From IMG/VR virus record IMGVR_UViG_3300023179_000114, positions 1-60,358 of that record: a stretch of 60,358 nt of DNA; one strand, written 5' to 3'. Both the position numbers and the translations under genes were made by a program. Below are positions 31,887-39,858 of the stretch, piece by piece (position 1 is the stretch's first letter; each line of letters opens with the position of its first letter). The stretch comes from a virus. Taxonomy: Duplodnaviria; Caudoviricetes. The notes below the pieces were generated by a model. That model saw only the letters and a list, made by a program, of their open reading frames with translations. It did no database searches and was not told the DNA's origin.

Positions 31887-32142
31887 TCATAAAGCCTTAC
31901 TCCTAAAGCACTTAGGACTAGGCGGGCCGCCCCGGTTTGATGTAAGTGCTGTCCTATCAACCACTTATGCTTAGAAAATTTTTCTTCAAGAAACCCTCTT
32001 GACAATGCCGATAACTAATGGTATAATGGTGACATATGAGAATCTTTCGTAAAATAGTTCTATTCTTCCCATCTTTGACCATGTTCTTTCTGGCATATTT
32101 TACGTTCATTTGTGATAATGAGGCTACTAAGTTTAGTTTTAG

Positions 32143-32355
32143 GTGGAAATAATGAACTGGCATTATGGTAATCCTATTGTGAATGGAGAATATCTTTGCT
32201 GTATAAAGGGTTATCCTTCTCCTATTTCTTTTGATTGGTATGATGGTAAGTGGGGAAGTTGGGATTGGATTGACGACAAATTGAATCCTATTGATCAATC
32301 TCTAGTGGTATGCTATATTGGTTTTGATGAGATTCCTATGCCGGAGAATTGGTAA
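32143..32355 (+). CDS. Small Trp-rich hypothetical protein
   Basis: W..G.P...GEYL...P.P.W pattern (DUF551-like). Confidence 0.55.
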   Translation: MEIMNWHYGNPIVNGEYLCCIKGYPSPISFDWYDGKWGSWDWIDDKLNPIDQSLVVCYIGFDEIPMPENW

Positions 32356-32520
32356 TGAAAACCGAAAGTATTGAACTAAAAGAACTAAAAAGACTTGTGA
32401 GTGAATTTTTGGATGCTACATATTATGTTCCTTTTAGGGCTGTAGACTGTAATCAACAATTGGTAGAAGACTTGTGGGAAAAGTTAGCCGATGCTGTTGA
32501 TTCTGAAAGAAAGAGATAAA

Positions 32521-32802
32521 ATGGAATGGAATAACTCTCATAAAAATCCGCCAGAGGCTGGCCAGAAGATATATTACTTCGGTCCCAATATTGGGATTGG
32601 GATTGGCACGTATAGGTATGAGGAACACTCTATTAAACATTTGGGTAAGGTGATTGAACTTTGTCCACATGTGTTCTATAATGTATGTTTTGGTGTGGTT
32701 GATGCTTGTGACGCCCCTTTCTGGCTTCCTTATGATGAGGAGCGAGCAAAGAGTTGGTGTCCTATTATTCCAGAAGAATATACAAAAGGATTATACGATT
32801 GA
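32521..32802 (+). CDS. Hypothetical protein
   Basis: MEW...NPP..GQ after purine RBS. Confidence 0.6.
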   Translation: MEWNNSHKNPPEAGQKIYYFGPNIGIGIGTYRYEEHSIKHLGKVIELCPHVFYNVCFGVVDACDAPFWLPYDEERAKSWCPIIPEEYTKGLYD

Positions 32803-33055
32803 AAACTCTTAGTGATATTTGTCCATGCGGGCAGTGCAAAGAACTAGTGTGGAAGTATGACCACAATGGTATCATCTGGATTTTTTGTGAAAACTGCCAT
32901 TGGTGGTATATCGGTAACTACTGACCAGATAAGGACTTAGAGCAAATCCGGCGGCGAAATTTTGTCGTAACTCCTTATCTATCAACGCTTTACGTCTAAA
33001 AATATTTTTTCAAGTTTCCCCTTGACAGTTTCCGATAATAGATGTATACTTAACC

Positions 33056-33150
33056 CAAGACGATAGATGCGGGCCGCTGGCAAAATGACGTCAAAGAAGC
33101 CACGGTTAAATGCAAGGCCGAGTATGGCATAACCCAATCTATTTGTCTTG
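33056..33150 (+). ncRNA. Putative ~95-nt structured small RNA
   Basis: Starts 6 nt after TATACT; closing helix CAAGACGATAGAT..GGG/CCC.ATCTATT.GTCTTG with two inner stems; no ORF. Confidence 0.55.
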
Positions 33151-33252
33151 CCTAATCCTACGGATTTGGGATGGATGGGTATAGTCAGCCAGAAATAGTG
33201 ACTCTTGACAACGATTGGTCGATAAGGTATAGTAGTAGCACAGAGGTGATTT

Positions 33253-33465
33253 ATGTTTAAAGTAGTCGTTTGTGGTGGGCCGTATGACGGGGAGGTTATT
33301 GGTGATGATGGATGGATTTCCTTCTCTGCCACCCCGACATATCGTTTCGATAGTTATGCCGATGCTCAAGAGTTTATTGATAGTCGAAGTGCTAGAACAG
33401 CAGATGGTGATTATGGTATTGGCGCAACACTAAATATTGATGAAATAGATGGGGATATCTATTAA
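33253..33465 (+). CDS. Hypothetical protein
   Basis: GAGGTG RBS after promoter. Confidence 0.65.
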   Translation: MFKVVVCGGPYDGEVIGDDGWISFSATPTYRFDSYADAQEFIDSRSARTADGDYGIGATLNIDEIDGDIY

Positions 33466-33878
33466 TGAAACCTAAACCACTACACGCCGAAGTTCGATTT
33501 CATCTGCTAAATGGTAAAAATTACCGTAAGTGGCAGGTAAATATTATGCGGGGAAGAAAAAGGGTTGACCAATATTATGTCGATCCTGCCGAGTACCAGT
33601 TGGAGATGAGGGGTTGTAAACTTGTCAATAAATTAGCTAGGGCCAAGTGGGTTCATAAGAAACAGAAAAAGAATGTTAGCGGGTGGGTACAGTGTGAAGA
33701 AGTGATTCTAAATCGTGAGATTGGTATTGACAACTTAGAAAAGCTATACTATAATCCTATTCGTGATCCAAGGTGGAGACGCGAAAGTGATTGTGGCGAA
33801 TTTGCTTGGGATGGTAGTGAGTATGCTACTTTAATTACGCAAGATCGACAAGTTTATATTTTGGAGGAAAGAGTATGA
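33465..33878 (+). CDS. Hypothetical protein
   Basis: VRFHL..G.NY.KWQ...V.GWV.CE motif. Confidence 0.7.
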   Translation: MKPKPLHAEVRFHLLNGKNYRKWQVNIMRGRKRVDQYYVDPAEYQLEMRGCKLVNKLARAKWVHKKQKKNVSGWVQCEEVILNREIGIDNLEKLYYNPIRDPRWRRESDCGEFAWDGSEYATLITQDRQVYILEERV

Positions 33879-34249
33879 TCAAGGTTGAAATGAGCGTTCG
33901 TGAAGCTCTGAACATGGTGTCGAATGGTTGTAATCTCGATATGTACGAGAAGATCGTATGTGCGTTGGAGGTGGCGTTGGGTGTGAACCAGCGTCGAGTG
34001 GTGACCATCACTGGAGGATTGACTCTGGATAATCGTATCCATTCCATCAAGGCTATCCGACAGCACACCGGATGGGGTTTGAAGGAAGCCAAGGATTGGA
34101 GTGACTATCTGGTTGGTGGTTGGCATAACGACAGGTTCATTCCTGCTAAGTCCGGAGCCAAGCAGAGCATCACTCTGAAAACGCCGGAAGCGGCAGAGGG
34201 TTTGCTGCGTGATCTGGTTGGACTGGGTTGTGAGGGTTATCTCTCATAA
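33875..34249 (+). CDS. Ribosomal protein bL12 (L7/L12) C-terminal-domain-like protein
   Basis: RIHSIKAIRQHTGWGLKEAKD matches the K..VIK.VR..TGLGLKEAK signature. Confidence 0.7.
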   Translation: MIKVEMSVREALNMVSNGCNLDMYEKIVCALEVALGVNQRRVVTITGGLTLDNRIHSIKAIRQHTGWGLKEAKDWSDYLVGGWHNDRFIPAKSGAKQSITLKTPEAAEGLLRDLVGLGCEGYLS

Positions 34250-34531
34250 CCTAAACCCCTATGCTGTAAAGACTTACGGCAAACGGGCCGGGCCGACCTT
34301 GACGTAAGTGCTTACCACCAAACAACTTACGACAAAAGAAAAAATTTTTGGGGGAGACTCAAGTTCGCTCTTGACAATACCGATACTATACTGTAGAATG
34401 ATAGAGTACGACGCAAGACGCTGCCACGAAGCCAACAATAGAAACCCTCATGGCACTCTTGACAAGTAGGTATCTGTAGCGTATACTGATACTATGACGA
34501 TTGGAACTATAACACTTTTGGAGAATGTACC

Positions 34532-34780
34532 ATGAAGAAGTTTTCTTTTATTGTTGATGTTGTGGCTGACGAACTGGATCGTGATGAAGTTGCTGGTACT
34601 ATCAGAGATTGCCTGACCAGTAATCTTCCGGGTGATGTTTACTCTAATGTCAAGACAGGAGAGGTCAAGGCGTTCAGTGAACAGGGTTGGAAGGTTTTTC
34701 GTGCTAGGGTTATGGGTATCACGGCAAAGCAGGCTGGTGATGCTCATAATGGTAAGGTAGAGGTTGTCTCTGTTGCCTAA
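34532..34780 (+). CDS. Hypothetical protein
   Basis: GGAG RBS; own promoter. Confidence 0.7.
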   Translation: MKKFSFIVDVVADELDRDEVAGTIRDCLTSNLPGDVYSNVKTGEVKAFSEQGWKVFRARVMGITAKQAGDAHNGKVEVVSVA

Positions 34781-34841
34781 ATAAAATAACAGGTTATAAT
34801 ATCTGGTAGCCAGTGGTAAATCCGCTGGCTGCCAGTATTAT

Positions 34842-34914
34842 GCCCCTGTAGCTCAGTAGATAGAGCGGCGAGCTTCTACCTCGCGGGTCGGGAGTGCAAC
34901 TCTCTCCAGGGGTA
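34842..34914 (+). tRNA. tRNA-Arg(UCU)
   Basis: GCCCCTG/CAGGGGT acceptor, GCGAG-CT TCT AC-CTCGC, T-loop TGCAACT; no encoded CCA. Confidence 0.9.
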
Positions 34915-35499
34915 CTATTTTTCTTGATAATGTATTTCTCTGTGACAATTACTACATAAGATAATACATTTATCTATTTCAGTTTTAATATCTTCTAGAG
35001 AAGCTTTTTTATTTCTGAGCATAGCACCTATTCCATCTGCCTTATTATCTTCTATATGATGGAAATCTAAACATTCTGGTGATGATAATCCGCATTTGCA
35101 ACATGAAGATTTTTGTTTTAACTCTAATACATATCTAGCTTTTTTAGTAAGGTATTTGTATGTATTGGTATGTTCTTTCCTATGACAGTTTGAGCATATA
35201 ATGTCGCATTTATTTATTTCTGCTAATACTATTTCTGTGGAATATCCATGACGAATAAGATTACATACTGTATCTTTTTTTGTCTCTGGATTTCTATGAT
35301 GAAAATCTAGACAATAGAATCTAGTCTCTCCACAGATTTTACATGGGGTAGTCTCTTTAAGATTTTGAACTAGAGTTCTGTTATGATCTTTAGTTTTGTT
35401 CTTATATCTCTGTTTATATACCTTAACTCTGTCAATATTTTTATTAGCCCATTTGGTATTATTGGCTATTTTAGCTTTGCTTGTTTTATTCTTTTTCAT
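34915..35499 (-). CDS. HNH endonuclease with two tandem HNH domains
   Basis: Two copies of CxxCG...CLDFHH...KC...CSNCHR..H. Confidence 0.85.
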   Translation of the reverse strand: MKKNKTSKAKIANNTKWANKNIDRVKVYKQRYKNKTKDHNRTLVQNLKETTPCKICGETRFYCLDFHHRNPETKKDTVCNLIRHGYSTEIVLAEINKCDIICSNCHRKEHTNTYKYLTKKARYVLELKQKSSCCKCGLSSPECLDFHHIEDNKADGIGAMLRNKKASLEDIKTEIDKCIILCSNCHREIHYQEK

Positions 35500-35716
35500 G
35501 GGTAACTCCTGTATAGATTAATACACCAAATCTTAGCAGTACGAGGAGATTTGCCATAAACCTATGGCAGTAAAGGACTTAGGAAAAATGAGGCGGGCCG
35601 GATTTGGCGTAAGTTGTTTGCCTATAAGGACTTAGAACAAAATATTTTTCTTGAAGAATCCCTCTTGACTTGTCGATATTAGTAGAGTAGAATCGAAGCA
35701 ACAAAGGGAGAAAACT

Positions 35717-36421
35717 ATGAAAGTTGCAGAGGGTAATGATAAGTTAGGTAAGGGGTGCGTTGTTGTGTCTCGTCCTGTGGGTGATACCTGTCCTAGCGAT
35801 TGCGACTATTTGGGGAATGGTTGTTATGCGGAGCAGACCGAAAAGATTTATCCGGGTGTTCGTCCCGCCGGTATGCAGAATCTTGTGACCGAGAAAAATA
35901 AAATTCGTGCTATGATTTTGGATGCAAATCGTAGGAATAAAAGTATTAGAGTTCACGAAAGAGGAGACTTTTTCCTGAATGGAGAACTTGACCTAGAATA
36001 TGTATCAAACTGGACATGGGCATGTGAGAGTATTTTGGCAGATGGTGAGTCGCTTCCCGATATGTGGTTTTATACTCATATCTATGATAGTCGGCTTGTT
36101 AGTCTGGAAAAGTATATGGCCGTGTATGCTAGTGTGCATGATGATAATGATATGAATGAGGCTAAGAGTCAGGGTTTCAAACTGTTCGCATGGTGTGACA
36201 GCGATATGAAGGTGGCACCGAAACGTCCGAAGCATAAGGCTAAGGCTGACGTTTGGCGAGCATCTTTGCCAAAGTTGGTTGTGCTGAACGGTGAAAAGTT
36301 TATAACGTGTCCTGAGATTCGTCGTGGTCGTGCGATTATTACTTGCACTGGTACAAAAGATAGCATATCGTGCGATATGTGTGTGAAGGGATTAGCAAAC
36401 GTATTGTTTCCTGCTCATTAG
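35717..36421 (+). CDS. Cys-cluster phage protein (gp88-like)
   Basis: GNDKLG...TCP..C...CYA...RVHERGDF...WFYTH...TCP...C..C. Confidence 0.65.
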   Translation: MKVAEGNDKLGKGCVVVSRPVGDTCPSDCDYLGNGCYAEQTEKIYPGVRPAGMQNLVTEKNKIRAMILDANRRNKSIRVHERGDFFLNGELDLEYVSNWTWACESILADGESLPDMWFYTHIYDSRLVSLEKYMAVYASVHDDNDMNEAKSQGFKLFAWCDSDMKVAPKRPKHKAKADVWRASLPKLVVLNGEKFITCPEIRRGRAIITCTGTKDSISCDMCVKGLANVLFPAH

Positions 36422-36430
36422 GAGAATAGT

Positions 36431-37030
36431 ATGACTACTATGTATGTCGGTAAATATACAGCCAGTGGCAGCAAAAACTCTTTCTATAAAATGAAAGGTA
36501 GACGATACGGCTTCAAAAGTTTTCCTAACAAAAGTTTGGCCGAGTTTGCTCATACTGTTCAGAGCGACTTGTCGGTACCGTTTACTTTTGCTCCGCGTGT
36601 TTATAGTCCGGTGTGCAGGATACGAGTTCCTAACTATTTTGCAGTATCGGACGGTAAGGGTGGGTATAAGGCCGAGGAAAAACTTGTGTTGAGTGATTGG
36701 GGATATTTGACCGAAATTGCCTATCCTTGTAGTTGTAGAAGGTGTGATGGATACTGTTATGAAAATGATCTGTGCGATAAGTATGATGCTATAAATGATC
36801 TGGTGGGTGAAATCTATGATAGTTTTGGTATCAACTATACAGATGCTCATAATGCTAATCTTGGATATGTCAAGCGTGGTAAAAATAAAGTATTAGTGAT
36901 TGTTGACGTTGGGCGTGAGAGCATGGGTGAGATTGGAGAGTATGAGGAACCTTGTTGGGCTGAAGGTAGCGGCGGCGATGAATATGAGTATTGCTCATGC
37001 TACAAATGTGGTGGAGGATATAGTGGCTAA
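36431..37030 (+). CDS. Protein kinase-like protein
   Basis: SGS...Y.FK, APRVY, YTDAHNANLG (catalytic-loop-like), VIVDVG (DFG-like). Confidence 0.6.
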   Translation: MTTMYVGKYTASGSKNSFYKMKGRRYGFKSFPNKSLAEFAHTVQSDLSVPFTFAPRVYSPVCRIRVPNYFAVSDGKGGYKAEEKLVLSDWGYLTEIAYPCSCRRCDGYCYENDLCDKYDAINDLVGEIYDSFGINYTDAHNANLGYVKRGKNKVLVIVDVGRESMGEIGEYEEPCWAEGSGGDEYEYCSCYKCGGGYSG

Positions 37031-37259
37031 GTATTACATACAGTCTGGCACACTACAACTCATTTACTCTACTAATCAAAAACCTCTGGACGCTGCGGTA
37101 GCAGCATTATGGGAGACTAACAAATTTGATACGCTCGACGAACATTTTTATGTGGATGAAAGAGGATTCAAAGACTATGCTACAGCGTTACCGGATACTA
37201 AAGTATATAAAACTACTAAGGTGGTGAGGAAAGCAGGCTGGAGCCTCGAAGAAGAATAA
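37023..37259 (+). CDS. Hypothetical protein
   Basis: GGAGG RBS and GTG start (AKYYIQSG...VDERGF). Confidence 0.6.
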   Translation: MAKYYIQSGTLQLIYSTNQKPLDAAVAALWETNKFDTLDEHFYVDERGFKDYATALPDTKVYKTTKVVRKAGWSLEEE

Positions 37260-37416
37260 CTCTCTCCCCAAGTCCTTTGTGAGTAAGCACTTAGGACGAA
37301 CGGGGCGGCGACAATTTGACGTAAGTGCTTATGCTTCAACCACTTAGGAAAAACTAAAGTAAGGATTGACAACTACCGATAAACATGGTATGCTCAGTAG
37401 ACGTAAAGGAGAACGA

Positions 37417-37671
37417 ATGATTCAATGGATCGGGGTGCTAGTGGCACTGTTGGGTTTGGCTTATACTGGTGTAAAAGACTATCAGAAGGGAGATATCAAA
37501 CTTCCTAAACTTCCACAAAAACAGTTGACAAAACCTACATTTCCGGTACAATATTGTTTGATGGCGTATGATCCTAATTTAGACAAGGTTTTCTATTTAC
37601 ATGACAATGGCATCTGGTATGACTATGCACCACCTCAACGACGATACTCGACCCCAACGCAACCACAATAA
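37417..37671 (+). CDS. Small membrane-anchored protein
   Basis: AGGAG RBS; hydrophobic N-terminus. Confidence 0.6.
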   Translation: MIQWIGVLVALLGLAYTGVKDYQKGDIKLPKLPQKQLTKPTFPVQYCLMAYDPNLDKVFYLHDNGIWYDYAPPQRRYSTPTQPQ

Positions 37672-37818
37672 GATCAAAATCAAGGTCAAGCAACCTTGGG
37701 AGTTGAGTACTGGACATCGAGAAGAACGTAATACGTTGTTTGATAACCGCCCCAAGCGTCAGCGAACACGACGAGATATTGACAAGGGGTGGAGAGAAGA
37801 GTATGATATGTAGGCTTA

Positions 37819-37891
37819 GCCGGTATAACTCAGTTAGCAGAGTGTCAAATTTGTAATTTGAATGTCGTGGGTGCAAATCCTACTACCGGCT
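37819..37891 (+). tRNA. tRNA-Thr(UGU)
   Basis: GCCGGTA/TACCGGC, TCAAA-TT TGT AA-TTTGA, T-loop TGCAAAT. Confidence 0.9.
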
Positions 37892-37892
37892 C

Positions 37893-38159
37893 TCGGGAAT
37901 GGTGTAACGGTAGCACAAGTGACTTTAACCAACTGGAGTGCATTTAGAGAAATCTTAATGTAGAATCTCTCAAATTCGGGGAACGCTTTAAAATGCTAAT
38001 CCCGAGCCAAGCCGGAAACGGAAGGTGTAACGACTTGACGGGAGACGCCTAAAACACAAGTCAAGGCGAAGGTAAAGTCTAGACCACAAACCGATAGGGT
38101 AACGAAAGTTATAGTGGTAAGTGGATCACTTTGTCTAGGTTCAAATCCTAGTTCCCGAA
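37893..38159 (+). tRNA. tRNA-Gln(UUG) interrupted by a group I intron (exons 37893-37925 and 38122-38159)
   Basis: TCGGGAA/TTCCCGA acceptor, AGTGA-CTT|TGGA-TCACT anticodon arm, CTAGG TTCAAAT CCTAG T-arm. Confidence 0.85.
37926..38121 (+). mobile_element. Group I self-splicing intron (196 nt, IC3-like, no ORF)
   Basis: P element AAATTCGGGGAA, Q AATCCCGAGC, R GTGTAACGACT, S AAGGTAAAGTC; P1 ACUU/GAGU with U.G; terminal G. Confidence 0.85.
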
Positions 38160-38854
38160 TTTAATTTTTGCCAGTAGCCTCTCCGATTTGGAATTTGTAT
38201 ATCATAAGACTTAGCCCATTTTCGAATAGCGTTATCTGATACTCCGTATCTTTTTGCTATGGTTGTCATGGGGTAAGAATTAACAAGATTTTCCAGTTCT
38301 TCCTTCGACGGTCTGTCTGTTTTTCTCAACCAAGGTTTTGGTCCTCCTCTACCTTTTTTGATTTTAGGAGATTTTTTAAAACGTTTACCAGCATAGGTAT
38401 CTGTTTGACTATGACAATTAGGACATAAGAAACATAAATTATCTAATCTATTATCATTTGGAATTCCATTTTTATGTTCCAGTTGTAGGGATATTTTTTT
38501 ATTATTCCATGTGTCTTTTAGGCCACACTCTGCACATTGGTATGTGATAAGATTATTGCGAATAATTCTGCTTTTGATAGAGCTGCGATTGGATGTGCTG
38601 TTTACACAAAAATATTCTTTATTAGTTTTTTTTGGAGTGAATCGTTTACCTTTATTAGCACTTTTACCCAAAGTAATATGTGATAAATCTATATTTTCAT
38701 CTTTAGCTCTACGCTTAACCGTATGATGGTTTCCTCCTTTATTGTTCATTCCAAAATATCGTAATATATCAGCGATAGTATTAGATCTAGAAACTAATGC
38801 TTTGAACTCCTGTGAGGGAATTGACCATATTATACTTCGTTTTTTTCTATTCAT
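38141..38854 (-). CDS. HNH homing endonuclease with C-terminal HTH
   Basis: CAECG...LQLEHKNG...DNRLDNLCFLCPNCHSQT; IAKRYGVSDNAIRKW. Confidence 0.9.
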   Translation of the reverse strand: MNRKKRSIIWSIPSQEFKALVSRSNTIADILRYFGMNNKGGNHHTVKRRAKDENIDLSHITLGKSANKGKRFTPKKTNKEYFCVNSTSNRSSIKSRIIRNNLITYQCAECGLKDTWNNKKISLQLEHKNGIPNDNRLDNLCFLCPNCHSQTDTYAGKRFKKSPKIKKGRGGPKPWLRKTDRPSKEELENLVNSYPMTTIAKRYGVSDNAIRKWAKSYDIQIPNRRGYWQKLNSGTRI

Positions 38855-38942
38855 TGTTTACTCCTTATTGGTACCATATATAATACACCAATTTGTTGTC
38901 TTGACAAGTTGGATTATTATGCTATAATAGCCTAGAAAATGA

Positions 38943-39014
38943 TGCCCTGTAGCACAATGGTTGTGCGTTCCGCTGTTAACGGAGTGGTTGTAGGTTCGAG
39001 TCCTACCGGGGCAG
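38943..39014 (+). tRNA. tRNA-Asn(GUU)
   Basis: TGCCCTG/CGGGGCA, TTCCG-CT GTT AA-CGGAG, TTCGAGT. Confidence 0.92.
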
Positions 39015-39017
39015 TTT

Positions 39018-39104
39018 GGGAACTTGGCAGAGCGGACGAATGCGTCTGATTACTAATCAGAAGAGGGTTAAAATCCTCCGGGGGTTCGAATCCCTCAGTT
39101 CCCG
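39018..39104 (+). tRNA. tRNA-Ser(ACU), class II
   Basis: GGGAACT/AGTTCCC, TCTGA-TT ACT AA-TCAGA, long variable arm, G73. Confidence 0.85.
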
Positions 39105-39243
39105 TTGTAAGCTATTGAAAATAAAAGACTTAGAACAAATCGGGCGGCGAATTTTTGACGTAAGTACTTGAGCCATAACGACTTAGGATTTTCTCAAGAT
39201 TGTGGTTGACAACTGACGATAAGTGTATTAGAATACACATCAT

Positions 39244-39323
39244 GCTCCCGTGCCAGTGGTTCCTGGCAATCACTCTTATAAGGTGGTCCGAAAGGGGACT
39301 TGGTTCGATTCCAAGCGGGAGTA
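39244..39323 (+). tRNA. tRNA-Ile(UAU) with extended variable arm
   Basis: GCTCCCG/CGGGAGT, TCACT-CT TAT AA-GGTGG, variable TCC GAAA GGGGA, CTTGG TTCGATT CCAAG, A73. Confidence 0.75.
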
Positions 39324-39360
39324 TTTATAAGGAACGGAGGCTGGCGTTGAGTTGCGGTAT

Positions 39361-39432
39361 GGCCCGTTAGTATAGAAGTTAGTATATTGGGCTTTCATCC
39401 CGAAGACACCGGAGCGTTACCGGTACGGGCTA
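39361..39432 (+). tRNA. tRNA-Glu(UUC)
   Basis: GGCCCGT/ACGGGCT, TTGGG-CT TTC AT-CCCGA, atypical T-loop AGCGTTA. Confidence 0.8.
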
Positions 39433-39439
39433 TTATAAA

Positions 39440-39511
39440 GGGAGATAAAGTTAGATAGCGAACTAGGGGTCTTTTAAACCCCAGAGCAGAGTGCAAGTCT
39501 CTGATCTCCCA
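39440..39511 (+). tRNA. tRNA-Lys(UUU)
   Basis: GGGAGAT/ATCTCCC, GGGGT-CT TTT AA-ACCCC, T-loop TGCAAGT. Confidence 0.8.
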
Positions 39512-39559
39512 CTTGACAAACTGGCTGATTGGTGTATAGTAGGATTCAAAGGAGAGGTT

Positions 39560-39766
39560 ATGATTTACGACGAAGAAAACGATGATTACCAGTATGACTA
39601 CCACGATATTGTGGATGATGTAGATTTTATTGACGATGAAACCTATTATGATGATGGCACCGATGAGCCTTGGATGGGCACAGACGAAGATGAAAATGAA
39701 GTAATGGACAATACCGGTTGGGATAACTATTATCACAATATTACAGATGAACTAATTGACGATTGA
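39560..39766 (+). CDS. Highly acidic protein (68 aa)
   Basis: AGGAGAGG RBS; D/E/Y-rich; promoter at 39513. Confidence 0.7.
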   Translation: MIYDEENDDYQYDYHDIVDDVDFIDDETYYDDGTDEPWMGTDEDENEVMDNTGWDNYYHNITDELIDD

Positions 39767-39777
39767 ATCTCTTCTTA

Positions 39778-39855
39778 ACGGACGCAACTTGGTGGGACAA
39801 GTATTCTATTCTTTCTTTCCTTTCTTTCTAGTACGTTCGAATCGTACCGTCCGTT
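39778..39855 (+). ncRNA. tRNA-like RNA with the anticodon arm replaced by a 28-nt polypyrimidine tract
   Basis: ACGGACG/CGTCCGT acceptor, ACTTG-GTGGGA-CAAGT D-arm, GTACG-TTCGAAT-CGTAC T-arm, central ATTCTATTCTTTCTTTCCTTTCTTTCTA. Confidence 0.75.
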
Positions 39856-39858
39856 TTT

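Noticed and set aside
33079-33130. Resemblance to a c-di-GMP-I riboswitch (GGCAAA...GACG.CAAAG..GCCACGG)
   Set aside because: The GNRA-capped stem and receptor are missing; only scattered words match
39778-39855. tmRNA or ordinary tRNA
   Set aside because: No G3-U70 pair, no tag ORF or pseudoknots, and no anticodon stem
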